A stretch of DNA of 64,000 bases from NCBI GenBank assembly GCA_963700145.1, contig OY969474.1, forward strand, positions 4,960,001 to 5,024,000, in the 5' to 3' direction. The notes beneath the pieces were generated by a model. It saw only the letters and a list, made by a program, of their open reading frames with translations, made no database searches and was not told the DNA's origin. Of the stretch, positions 34,169-42,414 are shown piece after piece. The position numbers and the translations under genes were made by a program. The stretch comes from an uncultured Acidobacteriota bacterium (lineage in GTDB: Bacteria > Acidobacteriota > Thermoanaerobaculia > Multivoradales > UBA5704). Every line of letters starts with the position of its first letter. Positions within the stretch are counted from its first letter, which is position 1.

Positions 34169-35896
34169 CTACTCCGCCGCCACCCGGAGCCAGGTCCACC
34201 TGCCCCTGCCGTACCAGCGGCCAGCGCGGTGCAGCTGGGCGAAGGTCGGGTCCTGGCCCGCGGCGGCGGTCCGGGTGAGGGAAACCGAGCCGCGCAGGCG
34301 CCGGGGCTCGCGGCCCGGGTCCGCCAGGACGGCGGTGAAGACGCTGTCCGTCCTCGGAACGCGGACGTAGCCGAGGAACCGCGTTCGGGAACCGTCGACC
34401 GGCAGCGTCGCCAGGCCGAAGCCGCGCAGCCGGCGGCCTCTGTCGAGCAGCACGAGGCAGGTTTCGCCGCCCGGCCGGCCCCACAGCCACCCGGAGACGC
34501 GGGCGACGCCCGGGCCGAGCGCGTCGATCCTTTCGAGGCGGCCGCCGCCGCGGCGGTCCGGCAGCGGGAAGGGACGCCCGTTCCACTCGCCGTCGCCGCC
34601 GCAAGGCAGGGTCGGGGGCGCGAACGGCTCGAGCCGCTGGGCGCGCAGGACCGGCAGGGCCCGCCGCCACGCCGCGGGGTCCACCGTGATCGCCGCGCGG
34701 ATCAGCTCTTCGTCCTCGATCCCCAGCTTGGCGCTCAGCTCGACGAGCGGCTGCAGCGCGGCGCGCTGGAGGAGCTGGGGCGCGTACAGGGCGCCGGTCC
34801 TGGCCATCGCCAGGATCATGGCGAGGCCGGCGGCGGCCCACGCGAGGCGCAGGGCCCGCCGTCTCTCTTCCTGCCGCGGCGGGTAGGCGATGAACCCGAG
34901 CTGCAGGACGGACAGCCAGAAGAGGCCGGCCACGAGCGCGTAGCGTGACGAGACCGCCCCGCGCGGACCGCCGCCGTCCCGGGCGACGGCGGCCAGCAGC
35001 GCGTTGCCGAGGGCGAACAGGGCGAGGAGCACCCACAGCCACGGCGCGCGATCGGCCGGCGCCGAGCGCAGCCGCCACGCGAAGCGCCCGGCGAGGAGCA
35101 GGCCCGCGAACGCGATCAGGCACGCCAGCTCCAGGCTGAAGGTGAAGACGCCGCCGAGGAAGCTCCCGACGTAGACCGGGACCGCCCGCAGGTCGCCGAG
35201 CGCGCCGGCCGCGGCGGGCATGCCGGCGCGATAGGCGGCCGCCAGCGCGAGGACCCCGGCGGCGTAGCCGGCAGCCACCCAGCGGGGGGCGTGCCGCGTG
35301 ACCGCGACGAGCGCCGCGGGCCACAGCGCCAGCGCCGAGCCGAAGGTCAGCGTCGCGGCGAGCCCGGCGGCGACGTGCGCGGCCAGGTCGAGCGCTCCGC
35401 CCCGCTCCAGGTAGCAGAGGAGGGCAAGGAGCGACACCACCGCGAGGAGGTTGGCCCAGCACCAGTGGACGCCGCTGAAGCCCACGATCCACACCTGGGC
35501 CGCCGCCGGCGTGAAGCAGAAGGCCGCGACGGCGGCGGCGCGCCAGAAGCCCGGGTCCTCCCCGGTGCGCGCGAGATGTCGGCAGAGCAGCGCGTACTGC
35601 GCCAGGGCGGCCAGCCAGGCGAGGAGGCCGAGGCCGACGTTGGAGCCGCGGGTCGCCAGGATGTTGAAGGCATAGAGCAGATAGCTTCCCGTCAACAGGT
35701 GTTCATTGCTGCGCGAGAGCCAGCTGGCGAGGTCGGGAGCGAAGCCGGTCGGGCCGAAGAAGCGCGGGAAGAGCCACCAATAGTCGAGGTTCGGGATCTG
35801 GCCCGAGCGCAGGACGAGGAAGAGCGCCGCGCCCGCGGCGGGCAGGGCGGCCGCCGTCCAGAGGAGAAGCCTCCGCGCCCCCGCGGGCGGCCTCAT
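34169..35896 (-). CDS. Polytopic membrane protein, possibly GT-C-like
   Basis: Many TM helices, NEH and SSRY motifs, C-terminal soluble domain. Confidence 0.7.
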   Translation of the reverse strand: MRPPAGARRLLLWTAAALPAAGAALFLVLRSGQIPNLDYWWLFPRFFGPTGFAPDLASWLSRSNEHLLTGSYLLYAFNILATRGSNVGLGLLAWLAALAQYALLCRHLARTGEDPGFWRAAAVAAFCFTPAAAQVWIVGFSGVHWCWANLLAVVSLLALLCYLERGGALDLAAHVAAGLAATLTFGSALALWPAALVAVTRHAPRWVAAGYAAGVLALAAAYRAGMPAAAGALGDLRAVPVYVGSFLGGVFTFSLELACLIAFAGLLLAGRFAWRLRSAPADRAPWLWVLLALFALGNALLAAVARDGGGPRGAVSSRYALVAGLFWLSVLQLGFIAYPPRQEERRRALRLAWAAAGLAMILAMARTGALYAPQLLQRAALQPLVELSAKLGIEDEELIRAAITVDPAAWRRALPVLRAQRLEPFAPPTLPCGGDGEWNGRPFPLPDRRGGGRLERIDALGPGVARVSGWLWGRPGGETCLVLLDRGRRLRGFGLATLPVDGSRTRFLGYVRVPRTDSVFTAVLADPGREPRRLRGSVSLTRTAAAGQDPTFAQLHRAGRWYGRGRWTWLRVAAE

Positions 35897-35910
35897 CGCG
35901 TGCTCGAGGA

Positions 35911-37185
35911 CTACCCCGCCACCCGCACGAGGTGGTAGTCGCGCTTGCCCTTGCGCAGCACCAGCAGCTCGCCGCCGAGCGTGTCGTCGAGGGTGACGGC
36001 CTTGCGCTCGTCGGCGACGCGGCGGTTGTTGAGGTAGACGCCGCCCTGCTGGAGGGCGCGCCGCGCCTCGCCTTTCGAGGCCGCCAGGCCGGCGCTGACC
36101 AGCAGGTCCACGAGCGGCACGCCGGCGCCCGCGAGCTGCGCCTTCCCGACCGCGCTCGACGGCACGTCGGCGAAGACCTCCAGCACGTCGCGCGGCTCGA
36201 GCTCCGCCACCTCCTCGCCGAACAGCACCCGCGTCGCCCGCTCGGCGCGCGCGAGGTCGCTCTCGCCGTGGAGCATGCGCGTCACCTCGGCCGCCAGCCG
36301 GCGCTGCGCCTCGCGCTTCTCGGGGGCGGTCCGCGCCTGCTCCTCCAGCGCCGCGATCTCCTCCCGCCCCAGCCAGGTGAAGAACTTGAGATACGGCACG
36401 ACGTCCCGGTCGTCGGTCTGCACCCAGAACTGGTAGAAGCGGAAGGGCGAGGTCAGCGCCGGGTCGAGCCAGACGGCGCCGGCCTCGGTCTTGCCGAACT
36501 TGACCCCCGAGGCCGTCGTCACCAGCGGGAAGACCACGCCGTGCGCCGCCTCCCGCCGCTGCCGCCGGATCAGGTCGATGCCGGCGACGATGTTGCCCCA
36601 CTGGTCGCTCCCCCCCATCTGCAGGCGGCAGCCGTAGCGGTCGTGGAGGGTGAGGAAGTCGTAGGCCTGGAGCAGCATGTAGCTGAATTCGGTGAAGGAG
36701 ATCCCCTCCTCGCCGTCGAGCCGCCGCCGGACCGACTCCTTGCCGAGCATGGCGCCGACCCCGAAGTGCTTGCCGACGTCGCGCAGGAAGTCCATCAGCG
36801 ACAGCTCGCACAGCCAGTCGGCGTTGTCGACGATGCGCGCCGGGTTGCCGCGGGCCTCGAAGTCGAGGACGCGCTCGAGCTGGCCGCGGATCCCGGCCAG
36901 GTTCTCCCGCACCTTCTCGCGCGTCAGGAGCTGCCGCTCCGCGGTCTTGCCGCTGGGGTCGCCGATCAGCCCGGTGCCGCCGCCGACGACGGCGATCGGC
37001 GAGTGGCCGAAGCGCTGCAGGCGCGCCAGGCCCATCGCCGGCAGCAGCGACCCGACGTGCAGGGAGGCCGCCGTCGGGTCGAAGCCGATGTAGCCGGTCA
37101 GCGTCTCCTCCGCGAGCGCCCGCTCCGCGTCCTCGGTGGCGCCGTGGACCAGGCCGCGCCAGGCCAGCTCGTCGTAGAGGCTCAT
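35911..37185 (-). CDS. tyrS: Tyrosine-tRNA ligase
   Basis: YIGFDPTAASLHVG, DPSGK, GGSDQWGN, KFGKT and an S4 domain. Confidence 0.98.
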   Translation of the reverse strand: MSLYDELAWRGLVHGATEDAERALAEETLTGYIGFDPTAASLHVGSLLPAMGLARLQRFGHSPIAVVGGGTGLIGDPSGKTAERQLLTREKVRENLAGIRGQLERVLDFEARGNPARIVDNADWLCELSLMDFLRDVGKHFGVGAMLGKESVRRRLDGEEGISFTEFSYMLLQAYDFLTLHDRYGCRLQMGGSDQWGNIVAGIDLIRRQRREAAHGVVFPLVTTASGVKFGKTEAGAVWLDPALTSPFRFYQFWVQTDDRDVVPYLKFFTWLGREEIAALEEQARTAPEKREAQRRLAAEVTRMLHGESDLARAERATRVLFGEEVAELEPRDVLEVFADVPSSAVGKAQLAGAGVPLVDLLVSAGLAASKGEARRALQQGGVYLNNRRVADERKAVTLDDTLGGELLVLRKGKRDYHLVRVAG

Positions 37186-37973
37186 CCCCCCTCCCCGGTG
37201 TAGAACGCCTCCACCAGCTCCCGCGCCCGCGCCGCGTCCTCGCCCGGGTCGTCGATCCGCCCGAAGAGGGTGCGCCGGGTCAGCCGCAGGGTCTCGAGGT
37301 CGCGCTCCTGGAGAAGCTTGGCGATCTCGGCGATGGCACGCCCGCCGGGCCCCTCGTGCGGGTGCCGCTCGTGCTCGCGCTCGAGGAGCACCATCGCCAG
37401 GATCAGCGACTCGGGGAACTCCTCGCCTCCGATCCCGGCGCCCGCGCCGGCGTCTTCAGGGCGCTCCTCTTCGGGCGCCGTTCCCGCCGCCGCCGGCAGC
37501 TCAGCCGCCGGCTCCGCCCGCGCCTCGCTCCCGAACGGCAGCGAGCGCACCTGGTGGGCGAAGCGGGAGAAGAAGCCGAAGAGCTCGCGCTCGGAGGAGA
37601 AGTTGCCGACCAGCCGGGCGCCGCGCCCCACCTCCAGGCGCTGGGTCTCCTGCAGGACGACGTTGGCGCGCGCCCCGTCCTCGAGCTGCAGCGAGCGGGC
37701 GACGACCTTCCAGGCGGTCAGCGTCCCCTCGACGTAGCAGGTCTCGGCGCAGCGCACCGTCACTGCCTCGACCTGCACGCCGCGCTCGACGCGCACCGAG
37801 CCGTGCAGTGATTCCAGCGTGCCGTAGCGGCCGGAGTTCTGGAGCACCAGGTTGCCGGGGCTCTGGATGCAGAGCTGGCCTTCGGGATCGACGCCGATGC
37901 GCGCCCCCGCCGGCACGATCATCGTCGGCGCGCTGTCGCGCTCCCGGCGGTCGCGGCGCCTGCCGAAGGGCAT
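37182..37973 (-). CDS. Hypothetical protein, bactofilin-like beta-helix N-terminus
   Basis: Repeating V/L/G pattern (GSVRVERGVQVEA, LEVGRGARLVGNF); coupled to tyrS. Confidence 0.6.
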   Translation of the reverse strand: MPFGRRRDRRERDSAPTMIVPAGARIGVDPEGQLCIQSPGNLVLQNSGRYGTLESLHGSVRVERGVQVEAVTVRCAETCYVEGTLTAWKVVARSLQLEDGARANVVLQETQRLEVGRGARLVGNFSSERELFGFFSRFAHQVRSLPFGSEARAEPAAELPAAAGTAPEEERPEDAGAGAGIGGEEFPESLILAMVLLEREHERHPHEGPGGRAIAEIAKLLQERDLETLRLTRRTLFGRIDDPGEDAARARELVEAFYTGEGG

Positions 37974-37985
37974 CCGCAGGGCTCT

Positions 37986-39056
37986 CTACCTGCGGAAAGC
38001 GGCCGGCAGCGCCGGCAGCTCGGCGCCGCCGGGCGGCCGGCCGGCGCGCACGACGAGCCGCTCGTCGTCGCGCCAGCGGTGGTCGAGCATGAAGAGGCGG
38101 GGGTCGAGCGGCTGCGGGTCGCCGCTGGCGTCGCGGCGCCGCACCTCGTAGTGCAGGTGGGGGCTGGTGCTCCAGCCGGTGTTGCCGACGGTGGCGAGGA
38201 CCTCGCCGCGCCGCACCTTCTGGCCGCGCCGCACCATGATCTCCTGGCAGTGGCCGTAGAGGGTGAGGAAGCGCTCGCCGTGGCGGACGGCCACCAGCTC
38301 GCCGAGCCGCCACCAGTGGATGCCGGACATGGGATACCGGCCGGCGAAGACGACCGTGCCGTCGGCCGGGGCCACGATCGGGCTCCCCGGCGGCGCCGCC
38401 AGGTCCACCCCGGTGTGGAACTGCAGCTCGTCGGTGTACGTGTTGCGCCGCCGGCCGAAGGGCGAGAGCAGCACGAAGTCGACGCCGCGCAGCGGGCAGA
38501 GCGCCGGGGTGGCCGGCGCCGCGCCGGCGTCGGCCCGCTCGTGCGCCGCGACCCGGCCGACCAGCGCGCCGGTCGCCGCCAGCTCGCCGCGCACCCGCCG
38601 CGCCAGCCGCCGCCCGTGCTGGATGGTGCCCGCGTAGATCGACTCCGGTGCCGGCACGATCACCGCGGCCGGCGGCGGCGCGGCGCCCTCCGGCACGCCG
38701 TAGGCGAGGCCCACCTTCTGCACCTGGAGGCGCAGGTCGCCGGCGCGCCCGCGCGCCTCCTCCATCTGTCCGACCAGGGCCTGCAGCCGCTCCCCCTGCC
38801 GCGCCCGCTCGGCGAGGAGCCGCTGCACGTCGTGGGCGCCCAGGAAGGCGCCGACGACGCGCGGCGCGACGCCGAGGCCGAGGGCCAGGACGGCGACGCA
38901 GGCGAGCGCCGCCAGGCACCAGGCGGTCAGGTGGGCGCGCGACAGGAAGTAGTAGCGGACGCGCCGGCGGATGTCGCCGGGGTGGACCTGGACCTCCAGG
39001 CGCCAGGGGCCGGGCGGCGCCGGCGCGCCCTCGCGCGCCGCGCGGGCGGCCCTCAT
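37986..39056 (-). CDS. M23-family metallopeptidase
   Basis: HTGVD, TLYGH and GNTGWSTSPHLHYEV; N-terminal TM helix and coiled coil. Confidence 0.92.
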   Translation of the reverse strand: MRAARAAREGAPAPPGPWRLEVQVHPGDIRRRVRYYFLSRAHLTAWCLAALACVAVLALGLGVAPRVVGAFLGAHDVQRLLAERARQGERLQALVGQMEEARGRAGDLRLQVQKVGLAYGVPEGAAPPPAAVIVPAPESIYAGTIQHGRRLARRVRGELAATGALVGRVAAHERADAGAAPATPALCPLRGVDFVLLSPFGRRRNTYTDELQFHTGVDLAAPPGSPIVAPADGTVVFAGRYPMSGIHWWRLGELVAVRHGERFLTLYGHCQEIMVRRGQKVRRGEVLATVGNTGWSTSPHLHYEVRRRDASGDPQPLDPRLFMLDHRWRDDERLVVRAGRPPGGAELPALPAAFRR

Positions 39057-39901
39057 CGCGCGCCGGCCCCGGCGGCGGCGGGGACCGGCCGCGGATCGGC
39101 CGCTTCGACCGCCGCCTCGCTGGTGCAGCGCCCGACCGCGGCGAGGAGCGCCGCCTGCGTTCCCCGCCCGCCGGCGACGACGTTGCCGCCCTCGAAGTAG
39201 CGGTCGCCGCCGTCGAGGTCGGTGGCGGCGCCGCCGGCCTCGCGCACCAAGAGCACGCCGGCGGCGATGTCCCAGGGGGAGAGCCGGAACTCGAAGAAGC
39301 CATCGTAGACACCGGCCGCGGTATAGGCCAGGTCGAGCGCCGCCGAACCGCAGCGGCGGATCGCCCGCGCCTCCAGGAAGACTTCGCGGAAGAGCCCCAG
39401 GTAGAGGTCGAGCGTGCGGTGGGCGCGGAAGGGGAAGCCGGTGGCGAGGAAGGCGCCGCTGAGGCCGGGCCGGGCGGAGGCCCGCATCGGCCGGCCGTTC
39501 CAGCGCGCGCCGCCGCCGCGTACGGCGGTGAAGAGGTTGTCGCCGGGCGGGTCGTAGACCGCGGCGGCCAGGAGGTCCCCGCCGCGCCGGCAGGCGATCG
39601 AGATGCACCAGATCGGCAGGCCCTGGAGGAAGTTGGTGGTGCCGTCGAGCGGGTCGATCAGCCACTCGCAGTCGCTGGTGCCGGTGCCGGCGCCGCCCCC
39701 CTCCTCGGCCAGGATGCGGTGCTGCGGGAAGCGCCGCCGCACCTCGGCGACGATCGCCGCCTCGCTCTCGCGGTCGGCGCGGGTGACGAAGTCGTTCTCG
39801 CCCTTCTGCCCGATCTCCAGCCCGGCGTCGCGGAAGTAGCGGCGCAGCACCTCCGCCCCCACGCGGCAGCCGGCCGTCGCGGCGTCGAGCAACTCGTCCA
39901 T
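39053..39901 (-). CDS. suhB: Inositol monophosphatase
   Basis: VTRAD, LAEE, WLIDPLDGTTNF, GSAALD and WDIAAG. Confidence 0.93.
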   Translation of the reverse strand: MDELLDAATAGCRVGAEVLRRYFRDAGLEIGQKGENDFVTRADRESEAAIVAEVRRRFPQHRILAEEGGGAGTGTSDCEWLIDPLDGTTNFLQGLPIWCISIACRRGGDLLAAAVYDPPGDNLFTAVRGGGARWNGRPMRASARPGLSGAFLATGFPFRAHRTLDLYLGLFREVFLEARAIRRCGSAALDLAYTAAGVYDGFFEFRLSPWDIAAGVLLVREAGGAATDLDGGDRYFEGGNVVAGGRGTQAALLAAVGRCTSEAAVEAADPRPVPAAAGAGAR

Positions 39902-39936
39902 GGGCGGAAGTATGGCAGGACGCCCGGCACACCAGG

Positions 39937-39963
39937 ACGCCCGGCACGTAGGCCGGGCGCTAC
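39937..39963 (-). repeat. GTAG-family REP, copy 2
   Basis: Exact reverse complement of copy 1; its TAG is the stop codon of the BON gene. Confidence 0.85.
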
Positions 39964-40472
39964 GAGGCTTGCCCAACCACCTGGATGAGGTTCACGACCT
40001 CGCGCACCCCCGGGGTGCGCCGCGCCAGGTCCTCGGCCTCCTCGCGCTGGTGGGCGGTCTCGACCTTGCCGTTGAGGGTCACCCGCCCGTCGACGGTGTC
40101 GACGTCGATGTGCAGGGCGTTGACGTCGGGATCGGCGGCAAGGCGCGCCTTGACCCGGACGGAGATCTCGGCGTCGTCGAGGATGTCGCGGGCGATCGGC
40201 TCGATCTCCCGCGCCGCCTTGTCGAGGCTCTTCTCGATGTTCTCGGCGCCGCGCTCGAGGCCCTCCTCCAGGCGCGCGCCGGCCTCGTCGGCGCGGTCGC
40301 CCAGCTCGCGCGCCTGCTCTTCGGCTTTCGCGTCCGCCGCTTCCAGCTCGGCGTCCGCCCGCTCCACCTGGCGCTCGGTGCAGGCGAGCTGCGCCGCGGC
40401 GCCGGCGGCGAGGAGCGCCGCCAGGACCCAACGGAGACACGGGGAGCCATGGATGGCTCGTCGATCACTCAT
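39960..40472 (-). CDS. BON-domain lipoprotein
   Basis: Signal ending QLAC; DDAEISVRVKARL...IDVDTVDGRVTLNG...GVREVVN. Confidence 0.88.
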   Translation of the reverse strand: MSDRRAIHGSPCLRWVLAALLAAGAAAQLACTERQVERADAELEAADAKAEEQARELGDRADEAGARLEEGLERGAENIEKSLDKAAREIEPIARDILDDAEISVRVKARLAADPDVNALHIDVDTVDGRVTLNGKVETAHQREEAEDLARRTPGVREVVNLIQVVGQAS

Positions 40473-40500
40473 CGTTTTCACGCTCATCCCGCTCGCAGGA

Positions 40501-40516
40501 TGCACCTCATGTGCCA
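40501..40516 (-). promoter_or_regulatory. Sigma54 -24/-12 promoter candidate for the BON gene
   Basis: TGGCACATGAGGTGCA, GG-N10-GC spacing. Confidence 0.55.
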
Positions 40517-40527
40517 CCGCGGCGCCC

Positions 40528-41379
40528 TCAGACGGGGAGCGGCGCCACCCGCTCGGGGGCGCTGTAGACGTTGAAGCGGTCGCCGCGCAGGAAGCCGACC
40601 AGGGTGACGCCGAAGCTCTGCGCCAGCTCGACCGCCAGGCTGCTCGGCGCCGAAACGGCGCACACCACCGGCACGCCGGCGGCCAGGGTCTTCTGCAGGA
40701 TCTCGAAGCTCGCCCGGCCGCTGACCAGGACGATCCCGGCGGCGAGCGGCAGCCGGCCGGCGAGGAGGGCCCAGCCGACCAGCTTGTCGAGGGCGTTGTG
40801 GCGGCCGACGTCCTCGCGCAAGGCCTGCAGCTCGCCGGCGGCGTCGAAGAGGGCCGCGGCGTGGAGGCCGCCGGTGGCGGCGAAGACCCCCTGCGCGGCG
40901 GCGAGCGCCCGCGGCAGGGCGAGGAGGGTCGCCGGCGCCACGCGCGGCCCCGGCGGCAGCGGCGCCGCGCGCACCCGCAGCGCCTCCAACCCGGCGCGGC
41001 CGCAGACGCCGCAGGCGCTGGTGGCGAAGAAGTGGCGCTCGAGCCCGCCGAGGTCGGGGAGCGGGCGGTCGCCCAGGTCCACCGTCACCACGTTGCCGCG
41101 CGCCCGCGGGTCCTGCGCCTCGGGGTCGCCGGCGGCGATGCCGCGGACCTCCTCGCGGTCGCGGACGATCCCCTCGCCGAAGAGGAAGCCGGCGGCCAGC
41201 TCGGCGTCGGCCCCCGGGGTGCGCATGGTGAGCGCGACGGTGCGCCGCGCGCCGCCGCCGGCAAGCCGGATCTCCAGCGGCTCCTCGGTCGCCAGCTCGT
41301 CGCCGCGGTTCTCGGCGCTCCCCGCGGCGTAGCGGAGGAGCCGGGTCGGCGTCTGGCTGGTCGTGGCTCGTCCCGGCAT
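40528..41379 (-). CDS. fdhD: Formate dehydrogenase accessory sulfurtransferase
   Basis: EEPLEI, MRTPG, SACGVCG, TGGLHAA and EDVGRHNALDK. Confidence 0.96.
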   Translation of the reverse strand: MPGRATTSQTPTRLLRYAAGSAENRGDELATEEPLEIRLAGGGARRTVALTMRTPGADAELAAGFLFGEGIVRDREEVRGIAAGDPEAQDPRARGNVVTVDLGDRPLPDLGGLERHFFATSACGVCGRAGLEALRVRAAPLPPGPRVAPATLLALPRALAAAQGVFAATGGLHAAALFDAAGELQALREDVGRHNALDKLVGWALLAGRLPLAAGIVLVSGRASFEILQKTLAAGVPVVCAVSAPSSLAVELAQSFGVTLVGFLRGDRFNVYSAPERVAPLPV

Positions 41380-41423
41380 GGCTCGCGGCTAACTCCTTGG
41401 CCTCGCCGGCCAAGCCTCTCACA

Positions 41424-41439
41424 GGGCACGCATCTTGCT
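41424..41439 (+). promoter_or_regulatory. Sigma54 -24/-12 promoter candidate for ku-ligD
   Basis: GGGCACGCATCTTGCT, close to the TGGCACGN4TTGCW consensus, 36 nt upstream of the ATG. Confidence 0.6.
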
Positions 41440-41475
41440 CCCTCGGCCCTATGGAGGGTAAAAGGGGGCGAACCC

Positions 41476-42390
41476 ATGGCACGCGCGATCTGGAAGGGCA
41501 GCATCAGCTTCGGTCTGGTCAACATCCCGGTGGGCCTCTACCCGGCGGAGAAGCGCCAGGAGCTCAGCTTCGACCTGCTGGAGAAGAAGAGCAAGTCGCG
41601 CATCCGCTACAAGCGGGTGGCCGAGAAGAGCGGCCGCGAGGTGCCCTGGGAGCAGATCGTCCGCGGCTACGAGTACGAGGACGGCCAATACGTCGTGCTC
41701 TCCGACGAGGACCTGAAGCGCGCCAACCCCGAGGCCACGCAGACGGTGGACATCCTCGACTTCGTCGAGCTGGCGGAGATCGGCACCGTCTACTTCGACA
41801 AGCCCTACTACCTGGGGCCGCAGAAGAAGGGGCAGAAGCCCTACGCCCTGCTGCGCGAGGTGCTGCGGCGCAGCGGCAAGGTGGGGATCGCCAGGGTGGT
41901 CATCCGCACCAAGCAGCACCTGGCGGCGGTGGTGCCGCAGGACGACGTGCTGGTGCTGGAGCTGCTGCGCTTCGCCCACGAGCTGCGCGCCACCGACGAG
42001 CTGGACCTGCCGGGCAAGAACCTCAAGACGCTGGGGATCACCGAGCGCGAGATCGAGATGGGCGAAAAGCTCGTGGCCGGTATGGCCGCCGACTGGGACC
42101 CCGAGCGCTACAAGGACGACTACCGCCGAGACCTCCTGAAGCTGATCGAGAAGCGGGTCGAGGCCGGCGAGCTCGAAGGCGTCGAGGAGCCGGCGCCGCG
42201 ACCGGCGCCGGCGGCCGGGGGCGCCAAGGTCGTCGACCTCATGACGCTGCTCAAGCAGAGCGTCGAGGAGGGCGGCAAGGGCAAGCGGGCCGCCGCCCCG
42301 CGCGGCCGCGCCGCGGCGAGGAAGCGGATGCCGGCGCGCAAGGCCGCGCGCCGCACCGCCAGCCGACGCTCGGCCAAGAAGAGCGCCTGA
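41476..42390 (+). CDS. ku: NHEJ Ku protein
   Basis: MARAIWKGSISFGLVNIPV, YFDKPYYL, VVDLM and a basic tail. Confidence 0.97.
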   Translation: MARAIWKGSISFGLVNIPVGLYPAEKRQELSFDLLEKKSKSRIRYKRVAEKSGREVPWEQIVRGYEYEDGQYVVLSDEDLKRANPEATQTVDILDFVELAEIGTVYFDKPYYLGPQKKGQKPYALLREVLRRSGKVGIARVVIRTKQHLAAVVPQDDVLVLELLRFAHELRATDELDLPGKNLKTLGITEREIEMGEKLVAGMAADWDPERYKDDYRRDLLKLIEKRVEAGELEGVEEPAPRPAPAAGGAKVVDLMTLLKQSVEEGGKGKRAAAPRGRAAARKRMPARKAARRTASRRSAKKSA

Positions 42391-42414
42391 TCCGGGCCGG
42401 CCGACCGAGACCCC

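Noticed and set aside
39985-42390. 801-aa extended Ku
   Set aside because: The upstream part is antisense to the BON gene and fdhD; Ku starts at 41476
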